A stretch of DNA of 50,050 bases from a virus. Its lineage: Duplodnaviria > Caudoviricetes. Location of the stretch: positions 1 through 50,050 of IMG/VR virus record IMGVR_UViG_3300025676_000024; one strand, 5' to 3'. Of the stretch, positions 19,301 to 27,529 are shown piece after piece; position 1 is the first letter of the stretch, and each line of letters starts with the position of its first letter. Under the pieces are notes generated by a model. That model was given only the letters and a program-made list of their open reading frames with translations. It searched no databases and was not told the origin of the DNA. The position numbers and the translations under genes are program-made.

Positions 19301-19648
19301 GGATGTATGCCATTGACCATTATCAAAATTAATACCATCACCTGTTGCACCTGTACAACCTGTTACTGCAATTGTTGTTCCTGTATCAAGAGTAAATGTT
19401 ATTGTTCCAAGACCATAAGAATTACCACCAGAGGTTATACCATATGAAACTCCTACTCCGATTTCACCACCAAAGTCATAATTTAGGTCAAATGTAATTC
19501 CTTCCCCAATAATTCCAGTATCACCAGTTGGTCCTAGTGGACCAGTGTTGCCAGTTGGTCCTGTAGGTCCAGTGTTGCCAGTTGGTCCTGCAATAGAACC
19601 ACTCACACTTGTTTCTTGTATTCTGCTTGAACCGTAAATTACTGGCAT
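16352..19648 (-). CDS. Cys-rich putative fibre protein with degenerate vWA domain
   Basis: 1098 aa; MPVIYGSS, then GPTGNTG collagen-like run, GACC modules and a vWA-like segment (NVMLQVDTNIEM...KILIILSNG...GVIIYAIGV...ELAT). Confidence 0.75.
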   Translation of the reverse strand: MPVIYGSSRIQETSVSGSIAGPTGNTGPTGPTGNTGPLGPTGDTGIIGEGITFDLNYDFGGEIGVGVSYGITSGGNSYGLGTITFTLDTGTTIAVTGCTGATGDGINFDNGQWHTSFEIDNTYTNHQDYSEIFSYLESNGTAGGTAYFRTLTSSGRDISIDGVTDYYIRIRGATYEYGIMGNTGELLHIYDGLSAHGSLNTFWDDDKKNLTARLTTFREAKDSVNLDSEDEITNTSSVGSSTGQTGAFVPFTYISTNIDGNTEIYSGFHMGQTHDAVLGTSTDVTHVFSNSKTTHDTQYSSASALGSCCYCTDSTVGEDYPGCVDYVTQDYCTNLGGVFDTTTCLARPEGPNCYSEGACCVNGICAETSLNKCRNVYGGFYVEGQTCIGVEILGGCPEPCQATGACCVEGSCYEMSEYQCSFESNSVFFDGGVCTGSEAVNCCLEGGIGACCVEEACYETSPAICSTLTASDGFTKGVFWGVGSRCAGPSRIGGGGINEDAAYAPFNCTWSPESGRDYDGWIADWGTGPAGLVNVDGVCLDASGTPLFGGNGLPIYPPCPTCVGWRQIIGGGPCVDESGNHVNICACEGVGYGDGPGQCYVEDLPICQPGSVDIENQCEGMCCYRTLLEGTWDCTQKTRDACSDMNDGVENIYSHIKWSGCSTNNYSLSIPIIGPPSSLGGNHLLAPECVGQNLTSSPNVMLQVDTNIEMFQLSNIIKPALTSFVDQLDSTYEKIGFNDSVFADTSVDVSLTNNYAIVKEGIHSMAIGDRVLARPLEYVGINFNSATQGTHGKILIILSNGNMRSIEEKDAAIEQARKLRDEAGVIIYAIGVNTGENSDLNFVRELATPSVDGVEEYYKTITSNEIKNTLNQIGHAISCGGEDVTTFTTTISTGSIILADLTPYECCCDHDGTDLKGLAGGNLNNGITDPNNMLCCSDTGDPCPSGYPTEELMSTCCFWRIEGEGAVNETMGRQCEWIGSEGSPAHPWLSADEVCMAIHHGTSASDLLDNNCENVNMDGCCCFNDTWSLELKGLEWLSEFDDWQIPEAGDCIEQGWGMYYAYQMNETRCDFYGGCWVHQGTCDGGVVGGECPNGNSCG

Positions 19649-19649
19649 G

Positions 19650-22600
19650 TTATTGATTAATTCCTTGGTCTGAATCTCTTAATGTTTTTGGTAAATCCCA
19701 AAGTTTTTGATTTCCATCCCCACCCGTTGCATACTTACCATCACATCTAACTAAACGAATAGGTCTTACTTTATATGTATTCTGTGTTCTATTTTTCTTT
19801 CCTACCATGAACTTATTTTCGTCTTGATTTATGTTAAATTTCATTGCCCATGCAAGAGTGCCTGGGTCAGCAGTAGAACCACCAATACCTATAACACCTT
19901 CTCCTGATGCAGTTCTTCCTTTTGTTTCATCGAATGCACCAGTGGATGTCCAATACCAACCATCAAGTGGAACAGCACCCTTTACCAACAAGGAAGCATT
20001 TAAATTGAAGTCATATGGTCTACTGGTTATACAGTTGGAAGCAATGAATGACATTTCATCATGACTTGGAACATACCACGAGGAAACTTCAGGAATATTT
20101 GAACCTGTTCCACCTGTAATAGTTGTTAAGGCATCGTCCATTAATCTTGTTGCTCTGAATGCAGAAATATAATCACTTGTCAATCCTGGACCAAAGTCCG
20201 TTGATGAGTAGTGACCATTTTTATCATCGTACCCTTTATACAAAACATTGTCAGCATTAATGATTCTGATATTATTGTAAATTCCCCATGCTCTATGCCA
20301 AAGTCCATGTGCAGACTGCAAAGGTTTTGTTGTAAGTTTCTGTGCATATCCTGTACCAAGTCTTCGTGCATTTCTACATGATGTAAATGTATGACTTCCT
20401 AAAACATTTAATGATTGTTCACCAATATTTTCATTAAACCAATATCCTTCAGAAAGTTTAAATACTGTTTCAATATATTTTTCGTTTATCTCATCAACCT
20501 GTCCTGTGTTTGGATTGTAAAGTGGTCCCCACGAACTTCCTCTATTACCCCAATAGAATTCTTGAGTCGCACCATCAAAGTCTGAATTGTTATAGTTTAC
20601 AACCTGTCTATCACCAGTTATTGCAATTGGAGATGGTGAGATTATCATATAGTATGCATCTGGTCTTGATAGTTCATCATCCTCTAATGATAATTTATTA
20701 TAATCTGGGCAACCCTTTTCTGAAGTAAAACCATATCCATGCCAGTCATATTTGGAACGATATATATCACAAGTTAATCCCAAATTGTCCGTTAAAGAAC
20801 CAGTTGCTCCAAGCATCAATTCATTCCAAGTAGCAGTTTTATCTTTACCGAAACTAGATGAACCGAATACCTGTGAACCAAATGGTCTATAAAGTCCAAC
20901 CACGATACCACCTGCATATTCATCTCCAGGCACAAGGTCTAACCCCGCGATAGATGCAACGCAACTACTATGTTCATCGGTTCTACATGTAATATCATCA
21001 CAATCTATACCAGCACCTGCATATAAGTTACCATCTTCTATACACGAACTTCCTGTAATTCCATTAACACATGTTCCACCCGAATAACAACAAGCACCTG
21101 TTCCACCATAACAAATTTCAGTTCCATTATCTAATGAACATATACTTCCTTCTCCATGAAAATGATAACCGAGTGTAAGACATCCACTTCTTGTTTTCTG
21201 TGAACATCCTCCTCTACCATCACAACATGCACCCAAACTTCTACTAGCATTATCACAGTCCATATTCCTACAGTCTGCTGATAGTCCACCGAATGAAGTT
21301 TCGACATCTAAAAGTTCACCAAGATTTATACAATCGTCTACACTTAAATCATTGAAGCATTCTATTTTTCCAGAGTTTGTATAGTGAACACAACATGCAC
21401 CTGTATCAAAACAAATACTTCCTGTCCATCCACTAGTTAATCCACCACATACTGTTGCAGAACCATGCCAATATCCTGTACACAAACCTTCTATTGTGTG
21501 TATACATTTACCTTCTCCTCTACAGCAAGCACCCGTAGAACCATCATCACTAAATGATTGTCTTTCGCTGCCGTTTATATTAACTAATCCAGTTGGATTA
21601 TCATATAAAAAGTCACCACATAAAGCATCGGGATTGTTATCATGACAGAAAAATGGGTCCTCAGAAGTGTTTTCTATTATATTAGTATCAGCAGATTTCC
21701 ATTGAACTATATTTCCGTGCCATGCGGCACCATTTGGACAAAGTATACTACCGTGGTCATGTTGAGGACCTGGACAATCAGAATATCTTGGGTCACACGG
21801 CAACCAGAAGAAATTAAATATATCTGTTCCACCACTAAAACATGGTTGTCTATCGAAAGGCCAAACAACATTGGAAAATTGGTAATTGTTTTGATTTCCA
21901 TATGTTGCACCTTTAACTATAAGTGTAAAGGATTTACCAACATCCGTTAATACACCAATATTATTTCCTGTGTAACCAAAACTAGCATCTGCAATATCAA
22001 TTATTTGTATTGGTCCAGTACTACCAACACTATAATCAAATCCGTCAAGAGTAGTTAAGTCTAGTTCAACTATACCAAACTTATTTGGTTCTAATATACC
22101 TCTAACTCCGCCAGACTGCAAATCATATGGTGGCCAGTCACCAGCATATGTTGATATTTCATATGTCGTTCCTAAACCGTCATTGTTGTGTCGGAAACTT
22201 AAATATTTTGAGTTTTCTTTATAACTTTTTAGTTTAACACTAATACCACCAGAAGTTCCACTTATATTATAAGTTGCTCCAGTAAGTCCTGTCAAATATC
22301 CACCAACTAACTGACCAGTAACACCAGAACCACCTGTAACATCTAAGTAACCAAAGTTCCCACGGTCGTAATTTAAGTCAATCGTTGGTGGTTCATTGTA
22401 TGCTGTACTTGTTAAAATACCACCAGTACCTTCAATGGTTCTGATAGTAATTTTATGGGAAGAATCTTGAACCTTAAATACTGTAGCACCACCAACGGCA
22501 TCATAAGTATTTCCACCATCTATAATAGTTTCTGTATTACCAGTAGGTCCTATAATAGAATTAGGAGTTGTCCAATTTGAAATAATAGAAGTTCCATATT

Positions 22601-22799
22601 CCCATCTTTCAAATTCTGTATAAAGTCCACCTGTTGCATTTTTATACATTGCGGTGATACCACCACCACTCCACCCAATTGGTCCCGCTACGGTTGCTCC
22701 AGAGGGCCCAGATGGTCCAGTTTCACCAGTATTACCAGTAGGTCCAGTTACTTCGGTTGTCCCTATAACTTTAAAATAACTGCTACCATATACTACCAT
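19650..22799 (-). CDS. Cys-rich putative fibre protein with C-terminal DUF1566/Lcl (CLec-fold)-like domain
   Basis: 1049 aa; MVVYGSS, then collagen-like GPTGNTGETGPSGPSGATVAGPIG, four GACC modules and the C-terminal pattern WYVPSHDEM...WYWTST...AWAMKF...VRPIR. Confidence 0.75.
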   Translation of the reverse strand: MVVYGSSYFKVIGTTEVTGPTGNTGETGPSGPSGATVAGPIGWSGGGITAMYKNATGGLYTEFERWEYGTSIISNWTTPNSIIGPTGNTETIIDGGNTYDAVGGATVFKVQDSSHKITIRTIEGTGGILTSTAYNEPPTIDLNYDRGNFGYLDVTGGSGVTGQLVGGYLTGLTGATYNISGTSGGISVKLKSYKENSKYLSFRHNNDGLGTTYEISTYAGDWPPYDLQSGGVRGILEPNKFGIVELDLTTLDGFDYSVGSTGPIQIIDIADASFGYTGNNIGVLTDVGKSFTLIVKGATYGNQNNYQFSNVVWPFDRQPCFSGGTDIFNFFWLPCDPRYSDCPGPQHDHGSILCPNGAAWHGNIVQWKSADTNIIENTSEDPFFCHDNNPDALCGDFLYDNPTGLVNINGSERQSFSDDGSTGACCRGEGKCIHTIEGLCTGYWHGSATVCGGLTSGWTGSICFDTGACCVHYTNSGKIECFNDLSVDDCINLGELLDVETSFGGLSADCRNMDCDNASRSLGACCDGRGGCSQKTRSGCLTLGYHFHGEGSICSLDNGTEICYGGTGACCYSGGTCVNGITGSSCIEDGNLYAGAGIDCDDITCRTDEHSSCVASIAGLDLVPGDEYAGGIVVGLYRPFGSQVFGSSSFGKDKTATWNELMLGATGSLTDNLGLTCDIYRSKYDWHGYGFTSEKGCPDYNKLSLEDDELSRPDAYYMIISPSPIAITGDRQVVNYNNSDFDGATQEFYWGNRGSSWGPLYNPNTGQVDEINEKYIETVFKLSEGYWFNENIGEQSLNVLGSHTFTSCRNARRLGTGYAQKLTTKPLQSAHGLWHRAWGIYNNIRIINADNVLYKGYDDKNGHYSSTDFGPGLTSDYISAFRATRLMDDALTTITGGTGSNIPEVSSWYVPSHDEMSFIASNCITSRPYDFNLNASLLVKGAVPLDGWYWTSTGAFDETKGRTASGEGVIGIGGSTADPGTLAWAMKFNINQDENKFMVGKKNRTQNTYKVRPIRLVRCDGKYATGGDGNQKLWDLPKTLRDSDQGINQ

Positions 22800-22814
22800 A
22801 GAACTATTACCTCA

Positions 22815-24110
22815 TCACACAGTTGGTGCTGTTTTAGTTTTGCCAAGTGCCGCCATTGCTGTATCGTTATCATCAGAAAGTAATTTTACTTGTTTTGCTA
22901 AATCTGCAATATTATTTCCGTCAGCATCTGTAACATTTAATAAACCGAGTGCTGTTATCTTTTGAACCGTGATGTCATCCGCAATCACCATTGCCGCCTG
23001 TCTATCATCCCCTGCGATGTGCATCACATATTTTTTGTTCTTTGTTGTTGAAACCCCATACATGTCAGTAAACGAAACAGTATCATTAGAAACTATAAGT
23101 GGCATTTTAACTGCCGTTTTTGTGATAGTAGTAGGTGTATATTGAGAATTGTTGTGGTAAAAATTCTTAGTAACATCTGGTTCTTTTATACTACCGTTGC
23201 TTGATTTTTCTGTAGAACGAAAAGTAATTGTGTTTGACGGTGTATCTACACCTACAACCAATCCTTTCCATTCTGTTCTGCCTTTAGTATCTCTCTGTGT
23301 AATCGATTGGCCTGTCATCGTGCTTGACGGTGTAGAAGAAACAATGCCCTCATACTCTGCACCATAAATTCCACCTGCAAGATAGTTCTCACAGAAACCT
23401 TGATATGTTCTGTCTGTATATGTGGAATGTGACGAATCATAAGGCAACCATGTTTCTTTGCTCAAATCGTGCCAGTTATTTTCATTTATAGTAAGTTTAC
23501 CATCAAAATCAACAACTTCGTTAATAGCACCTTCTACAGCGGCTTTTTCTGTGCTGCCAGCAACATTACCACCAATTTGATATCCAATATAATTTACAAC
23601 ATGTGCATTGAACACACCATCATTTGCAACTTGAAGAACTGGTTTTGCAATTTGTCCTGCAACATTTGGTGCAAGATTACTAATACCGCCAGCAGTAACT
23701 CCACTTAAAAAGTAAACATCATTCCCACCAGACGCTCCACCAACTCCAGAGGGTTGAAAATCTGCTGTTGCAAATCTAGCAGTAGGGAATTTAATTTGTC
23801 CCGATAGAACAACATTCACCACATCATTTTCTATAGTTTCAATAACACCAACAACCTCTGCATATTCTGATGAACTAGCAACTGCTTTTGTATATTGATT
23901 ATAACTTACAGAATCTGGAACTGTATCATATCGAACAACATCACCAGCCGTAACACCGTCACCAGCAGTTTCACCAAAAAGTGCATGCGTCATAATTCCA
24001 CCAGAAAATCCACTGATGGGGTGCGACATTATAAGTCTTGCACCACTATTAGAAATCTCAAGGTTGTTTGTATTTCCCCAAAGATTTGAACTGGTATTTG
24101 TACTTGACAT
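22815..24110 (-). CDS. Putative virion structural protein
   Basis: 431 aa; beta-rich module (AEVVGVI...VYFLS...AGGI...P...GQIAKPV) shared with ORF 24129-26465; short C-terminal helical segment. Confidence 0.7.
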   Translation of the reverse strand: MSSTNTSSNLWGNTNNLEISNSGARLIMSHPISGFSGGIMTHALFGETAGDGVTAGDVVRYDTVPDSVSYNQYTKAVASSSEYAEVVGVIETIENDVVNVVLSGQIKFPTARFATADFQPSGVGGASGGNDVYFLSGVTAGGISNLAPNVAGQIAKPVLQVANDGVFNAHVVNYIGYQIGGNVAGSTEKAAVEGAINEVVDFDGKLTINENNWHDLSKETWLPYDSSHSTYTDRTYQGFCENYLAGGIYGAEYEGIVSSTPSSTMTGQSITQRDTKGRTEWKGLVVGVDTPSNTITFRSTEKSSNGSIKEPDVTKNFYHNNSQYTPTTITKTAVKMPLIVSNDTVSFTDMYGVSTTKNKKYVMHIAGDDRQAAMVIADDITVQKITALGLLNVTDADGNNIADLAKQVKLLSDDNDTAMAALGKTKTAPTV

Positions 24111-24128
24111 TATTGTTTAACTCCTGTA

Positions 24129-26465
24129 TTAACTAGGCCTTCTCCAAACCATGTTATCATCTAATTCTGCATCTGCAAGATAGTGCAATGAAATGTTATC
24201 GAATATAACTGCTCCCGAAGGAATGCTAATATAAATTCCATACTTATCATAATAATCTGCACTAATAGTAGTAGCACCTACACCTGCTATTCTGTCTGCA
24301 TCATTCCATCCAGATGTTCCAGATGTGTTTCTTAAATCTTTTTTCGCAGTTCGATTATATACATCACCTGTATATCCACTAGCAGGCGAATAGAATGTAA
24401 TCGATGGAGTATCTCTTAGTGGTTCTGGGAATTTATAAAAATAATCTTTCTCTGGTGTAATTGTAAAATCTACAGAACTTATACTTGGAGTATCATTATC
24501 CAACATAGTTACTGTATGTGTAGATTCATCCATGTTATAACTTCTTTGATAGAATCTCTTACATTTATCATGTTCTTCATTTTCTTCGGTCCAAGGATTG
24601 TTTGTAGCAACTAATCCCCTTTCCAATTTAACTTTTGCTAAATCTAAAGTTGTACCTGATAATTTTTCTGTTCTAAATCCAACACCAAGATAATGTTTTC
24701 CTGATGGAGTTGTAGTTATATTTGGAACTTGGAATGCTACTTCATATTTGTTCCACACTGTTCCCAAAGAAACCGTAGAAGGATATGTTGTAGTTGAAGT
24801 ACTACCATCCCATTGTGTAACAGCAATATCCATTGTTGAACCAGTGACACCACACTTAGACCAGAACGACAATGACACTGTTTCATTTCTTGCAGTGCGA
24901 ACATCTTCCATTCTATTTTCAACATGAACATAGTCTAAAGTTGTACCAGTTGTAATATCATTCTGTATAGAACAATAATATTTTGGTTGACCATATACTT
25001 CTGTTTGATTTGTGTCGAAAGTTTGTCTTTCAATGTTCCACTTGGCAGAAGTATATGCTGAACCTGTTCCATAAGAAATACCATCAACCCTTACCCAACG
25101 GTCTGCAAAGTATGTACTTCCAGTTGAACCATAAGAACTGCTCTTACCGATATCTCTTTGCCATACATCAAACCCACCATTAATCATCATGTTTGAATTA
25201 ATTGCACTGCCGAATGTAACACCACTAGCAGTTGAAGAACGCGTCGCCCACGAACCAACATTAGAGTTACTAATTTTTGCATCAGATGAAATGTTTGATA
25301 AATGGTTGAGAATAATACCACGATAAGTCCCACCGTTTTCCCAAACTATAGAAAATATCTTTTCTGTTTGACCTGTTCCTGGGTCAGTACTTGTTAGTTT
25401 TCCGTTTGTTTGGTTCACATACAACACACCAGTTTGACTCTCTGATGGGAACTCGTCTACCCATCCACTGTTTGCCAATTCGATATATTTATTTCCACCA
25501 ACATCAAAATTTGCTTTAGTGCATATACCTACTGCTTTGTCCCAATTTAATACTGCATCGCCGTTACATATAAACCAACCGTAAGAATCAGCAGTTGGTT
25601 CGCTTATTGCGTCTAATTCATAACCAACAACATGACCAACTTCAAAAGCAACACTGTCCTCTATCTGAACAATACTTCTATTATTGTCTATACCACCAGT
25701 ACCACCAGTTCCTGTACCCTGTAAGTATTGTCCTCTATAGTTAAGAACTAATCCCTTATCAGAAGTAATACCCATCAAAACAGGTTTACTAACTTGTCCT
25801 GAAACTACTGGTTCGACTGTAGTAAGTCCACCAGTTACGCCTGGGTCTAAGAAATATACTTCACCTGCACTAAGACCATATCCTGTAACATTTGCTTCAG
25901 TAAAGTCGCCTTGAATTACACCATTTGTAGTAACTTCAAAATATGTGTTATCTTCTGTATATGGCGCACTTCCTAAAACTACTTTAGAAACAACACCATA
26001 GACTTCTGCACCAGTAGTACCACTCGCTTGTGCAAGAGTAAATCCATAACCATAATCCAATCCAGAGTAATCACCATCAACAGTAGACATTCTAACAGGT
26101 TGTCCAACAGTATATCCACCAGAAATTCCAGTTAATCCTGCTGAATGACCATATCTAGATTTAATTCCACCTATTACTAAATCATTATCAAGATTTAAAG
26201 TTCCTTGAATAGTAATATCATCACTAAATGTAATACCTTTGGTTATTGTATCATTTAAATCAACTCTAAAAACTCCACCCCAAGTTGTACCGTCAGCAGT
26301 AGTTCCAAGAGTGAGTCCAACACCATCGCCAGAAACTCCATCATAAATCCTTATTTTGTTGAGTTTCTCAACAGCATAATTGTTGTAATGATTAACCCAA
26401 TCCAAAAAGGTGTCGTCACCTGTTAGATACGGTATGTCGTAATAATTGTCGTCTACATTTGCCAT
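24129..26465 (-). CDS. Putative tail fibre with C-terminal carbohydrate-binding-like domain
   Basis: 778 aa; DTFLDW..HYN N-terminus; C-terminal INGGFDVWQR...FADRW...SFWSK...KLERGLVAT...CKRFYQ pattern common in phage fibre tips; late promoter upstream. Confidence 0.72.
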   Translation of the reverse strand: MANVDDNYYDIPYLTGDDTFLDWVNHYNNYAVEKLNKIRIYDGVSGDGVGLTLGTTADGTTWGGVFRVDLNDTITKGITFSDDITIQGTLNLDNDLVIGGIKSRYGHSAGLTGISGGYTVGQPVRMSTVDGDYSGLDYGYGFTLAQASGTTGAEVYGVVSKVVLGSAPYTEDNTYFEVTTNGVIQGDFTEANVTGYGLSAGEVYFLDPGVTGGLTTVEPVVSGQVSKPVLMGITSDKGLVLNYRGQYLQGTGTGGTGGIDNNRSIVQIEDSVAFEVGHVVGYELDAISEPTADSYGWFICNGDAVLNWDKAVGICTKANFDVGGNKYIELANSGWVDEFPSESQTGVLYVNQTNGKLTSTDPGTGQTEKIFSIVWENGGTYRGIILNHLSNISSDAKISNSNVGSWATRSSTASGVTFGSAINSNMMINGGFDVWQRDIGKSSSYGSTGSTYFADRWVRVDGISYGTGSAYTSAKWNIERQTFDTNQTEVYGQPKYYCSIQNDITTGTTLDYVHVENRMEDVRTARNETVSLSFWSKCGVTGSTMDIAVTQWDGSTSTTTYPSTVSLGTVWNKYEVAFQVPNITTTPSGKHYLGVGFRTEKLSGTTLDLAKVKLERGLVATNNPWTEENEEHDKCKRFYQRSYNMDESTHTVTMLDNDTPSISSVDFTITPEKDYFYKFPEPLRDTPSITFYSPASGYTGDVYNRTAKKDLRNTSGTSGWNDADRIAGVGATTISADYYDKYGIYISIPSGAVIFDNISLHYLADAELDDNMVWRRPS

Positions 26466-26484
26466 ATATGTTATCTCTTTACTT

Positions 26485-26492
26485 TATTTATA
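26485..26492 (-). promoter_or_regulatory. T4-type late promoter TATAAATA
   Basis: Plus-strand TATTTATA upstream of the 26465 start. Confidence 0.8.
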
Positions 26493-26504
26493 CCTTTTCT
26501 ACCA

Positions 26505-27515
26505 TCAATAAGTCGTAATTAACAAATTATTCATATATCTTACTTCCTTATCTGTTGTATCCACAACGCACACAGGATTCATATTTTCTCTTATTACAAA
26601 ATCAGGATGGTTTACACTCCAGTCTGAATTTGCATCTGGAATTGCAACACTCACGACAGCATTTGTTTCCTGTATATCCCCCAAGAAATTAACACTATAC
26701 CTACTTGCACCACAAGAGGCTGAATTGGGAATACCTGTTGCATTATCTGCAAGTTCTTCATCTCCATCTATTGGGTTTGTTCCGCACTCTACATAAGAAG
26801 TTTCTAGTTTAAGACCTACGGTAATATATCTTCCGATTGATGTGGATACATTGATGTCGTCAGATACGATTGGGGTTTTTAAATAAATCCAATGTTTTAA
26901 TCCACTGACACCTTCTGGCATATCCTCACCCGCCCAATGTCCTTTGTCTTCCACTAACCACCATCCTGGATTAAATGTAAATGTAAGTCTATTATTAACC
27001 AAACCCGATACAAATACAGAGTTCATATTACTAGTATTGTTTGGTTGTTGATATGGAGATTTAAAAGGATGTAAAGGTGTTGCACCCCTCCATCCAGGAC
27101 CAGATACAACCTTCTCTTGACTATGCCCGGCTCCATCGGCTCCTCCACCAACACCGATTCCTGTTTGTATTGCAACAGGAGGGTGATTGTTCGCAGTCCA
27201 AGCACCACCTTCTCCACCAGGAGAATTATGTTCCCAAGGCATCCACAAACTTCCTGCACCAGAAGTAATCCAGTTATGCATCATTGAAATCGTCAAAGAC
27301 ATTTGCAACTGAAAGTTTTCTTGAATTTCGTTTAGTTCGGATGCTTGTAGGGAAAATCCAGGTCTAAATGCAAGAGATTTATAATTACCATATTCAGGCA
27401 ATCCATCGTCAATAAAGTTTACATTTTTATCTTCAGTCCTACTGTAATAGGGCGCCGGTGATAGGGGAAATGAAGGGTCCCCTCCTGAATATAATGGTTG
27501 TATGTTGTTTGTCAT
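26505..27515 (-). CDS. DUF4815 (VrlC-like) domain virion protein
   Basis: PYY...YKSLAFRPGFSLQASELNEIQ signature, with later L.DNA.G.PN..SCGASRY; lies just downstream of gp8 as in many T4-like phages. Confidence 0.75.
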   Translation of the reverse strand: MTNNIQPLYSGGDPSFPLSPAPYYSRTEDKNVNFIDDGLPEYGNYKSLAFRPGFSLQASELNEIQENFQLQMSLTISMMHNWITSGAGSLWMPWEHNSPGGEGGAWTANNHPPVAIQTGIGVGGGADGAGHSQEKVVSGPGWRGATPLHPFKSPYQQPNNTSNMNSVFVSGLVNNRLTFTFNPGWWLVEDKGHWAGEDMPEGVSGLKHWIYLKTPIVSDDINVSTSIGRYITVGLKLETSYVECGTNPIDGDEELADNATGIPNSASCGASRYSVNFLGDIQETNAVVSVAIPDANSDWSVNHPDFVIRENMNPVCVVDTTDKEVRYMNNLLITTY

Positions 27516-27529
27516 TTTAAATTAATCTC

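Noticed and set aside
4552-22799. Eukaryotic or giant-virus contamination suggested by extreme Cys content
   Set aside because: The genes are intron-free, tightly packed, use T4 late promoters and are collinear with T4-like core genes on both sides.
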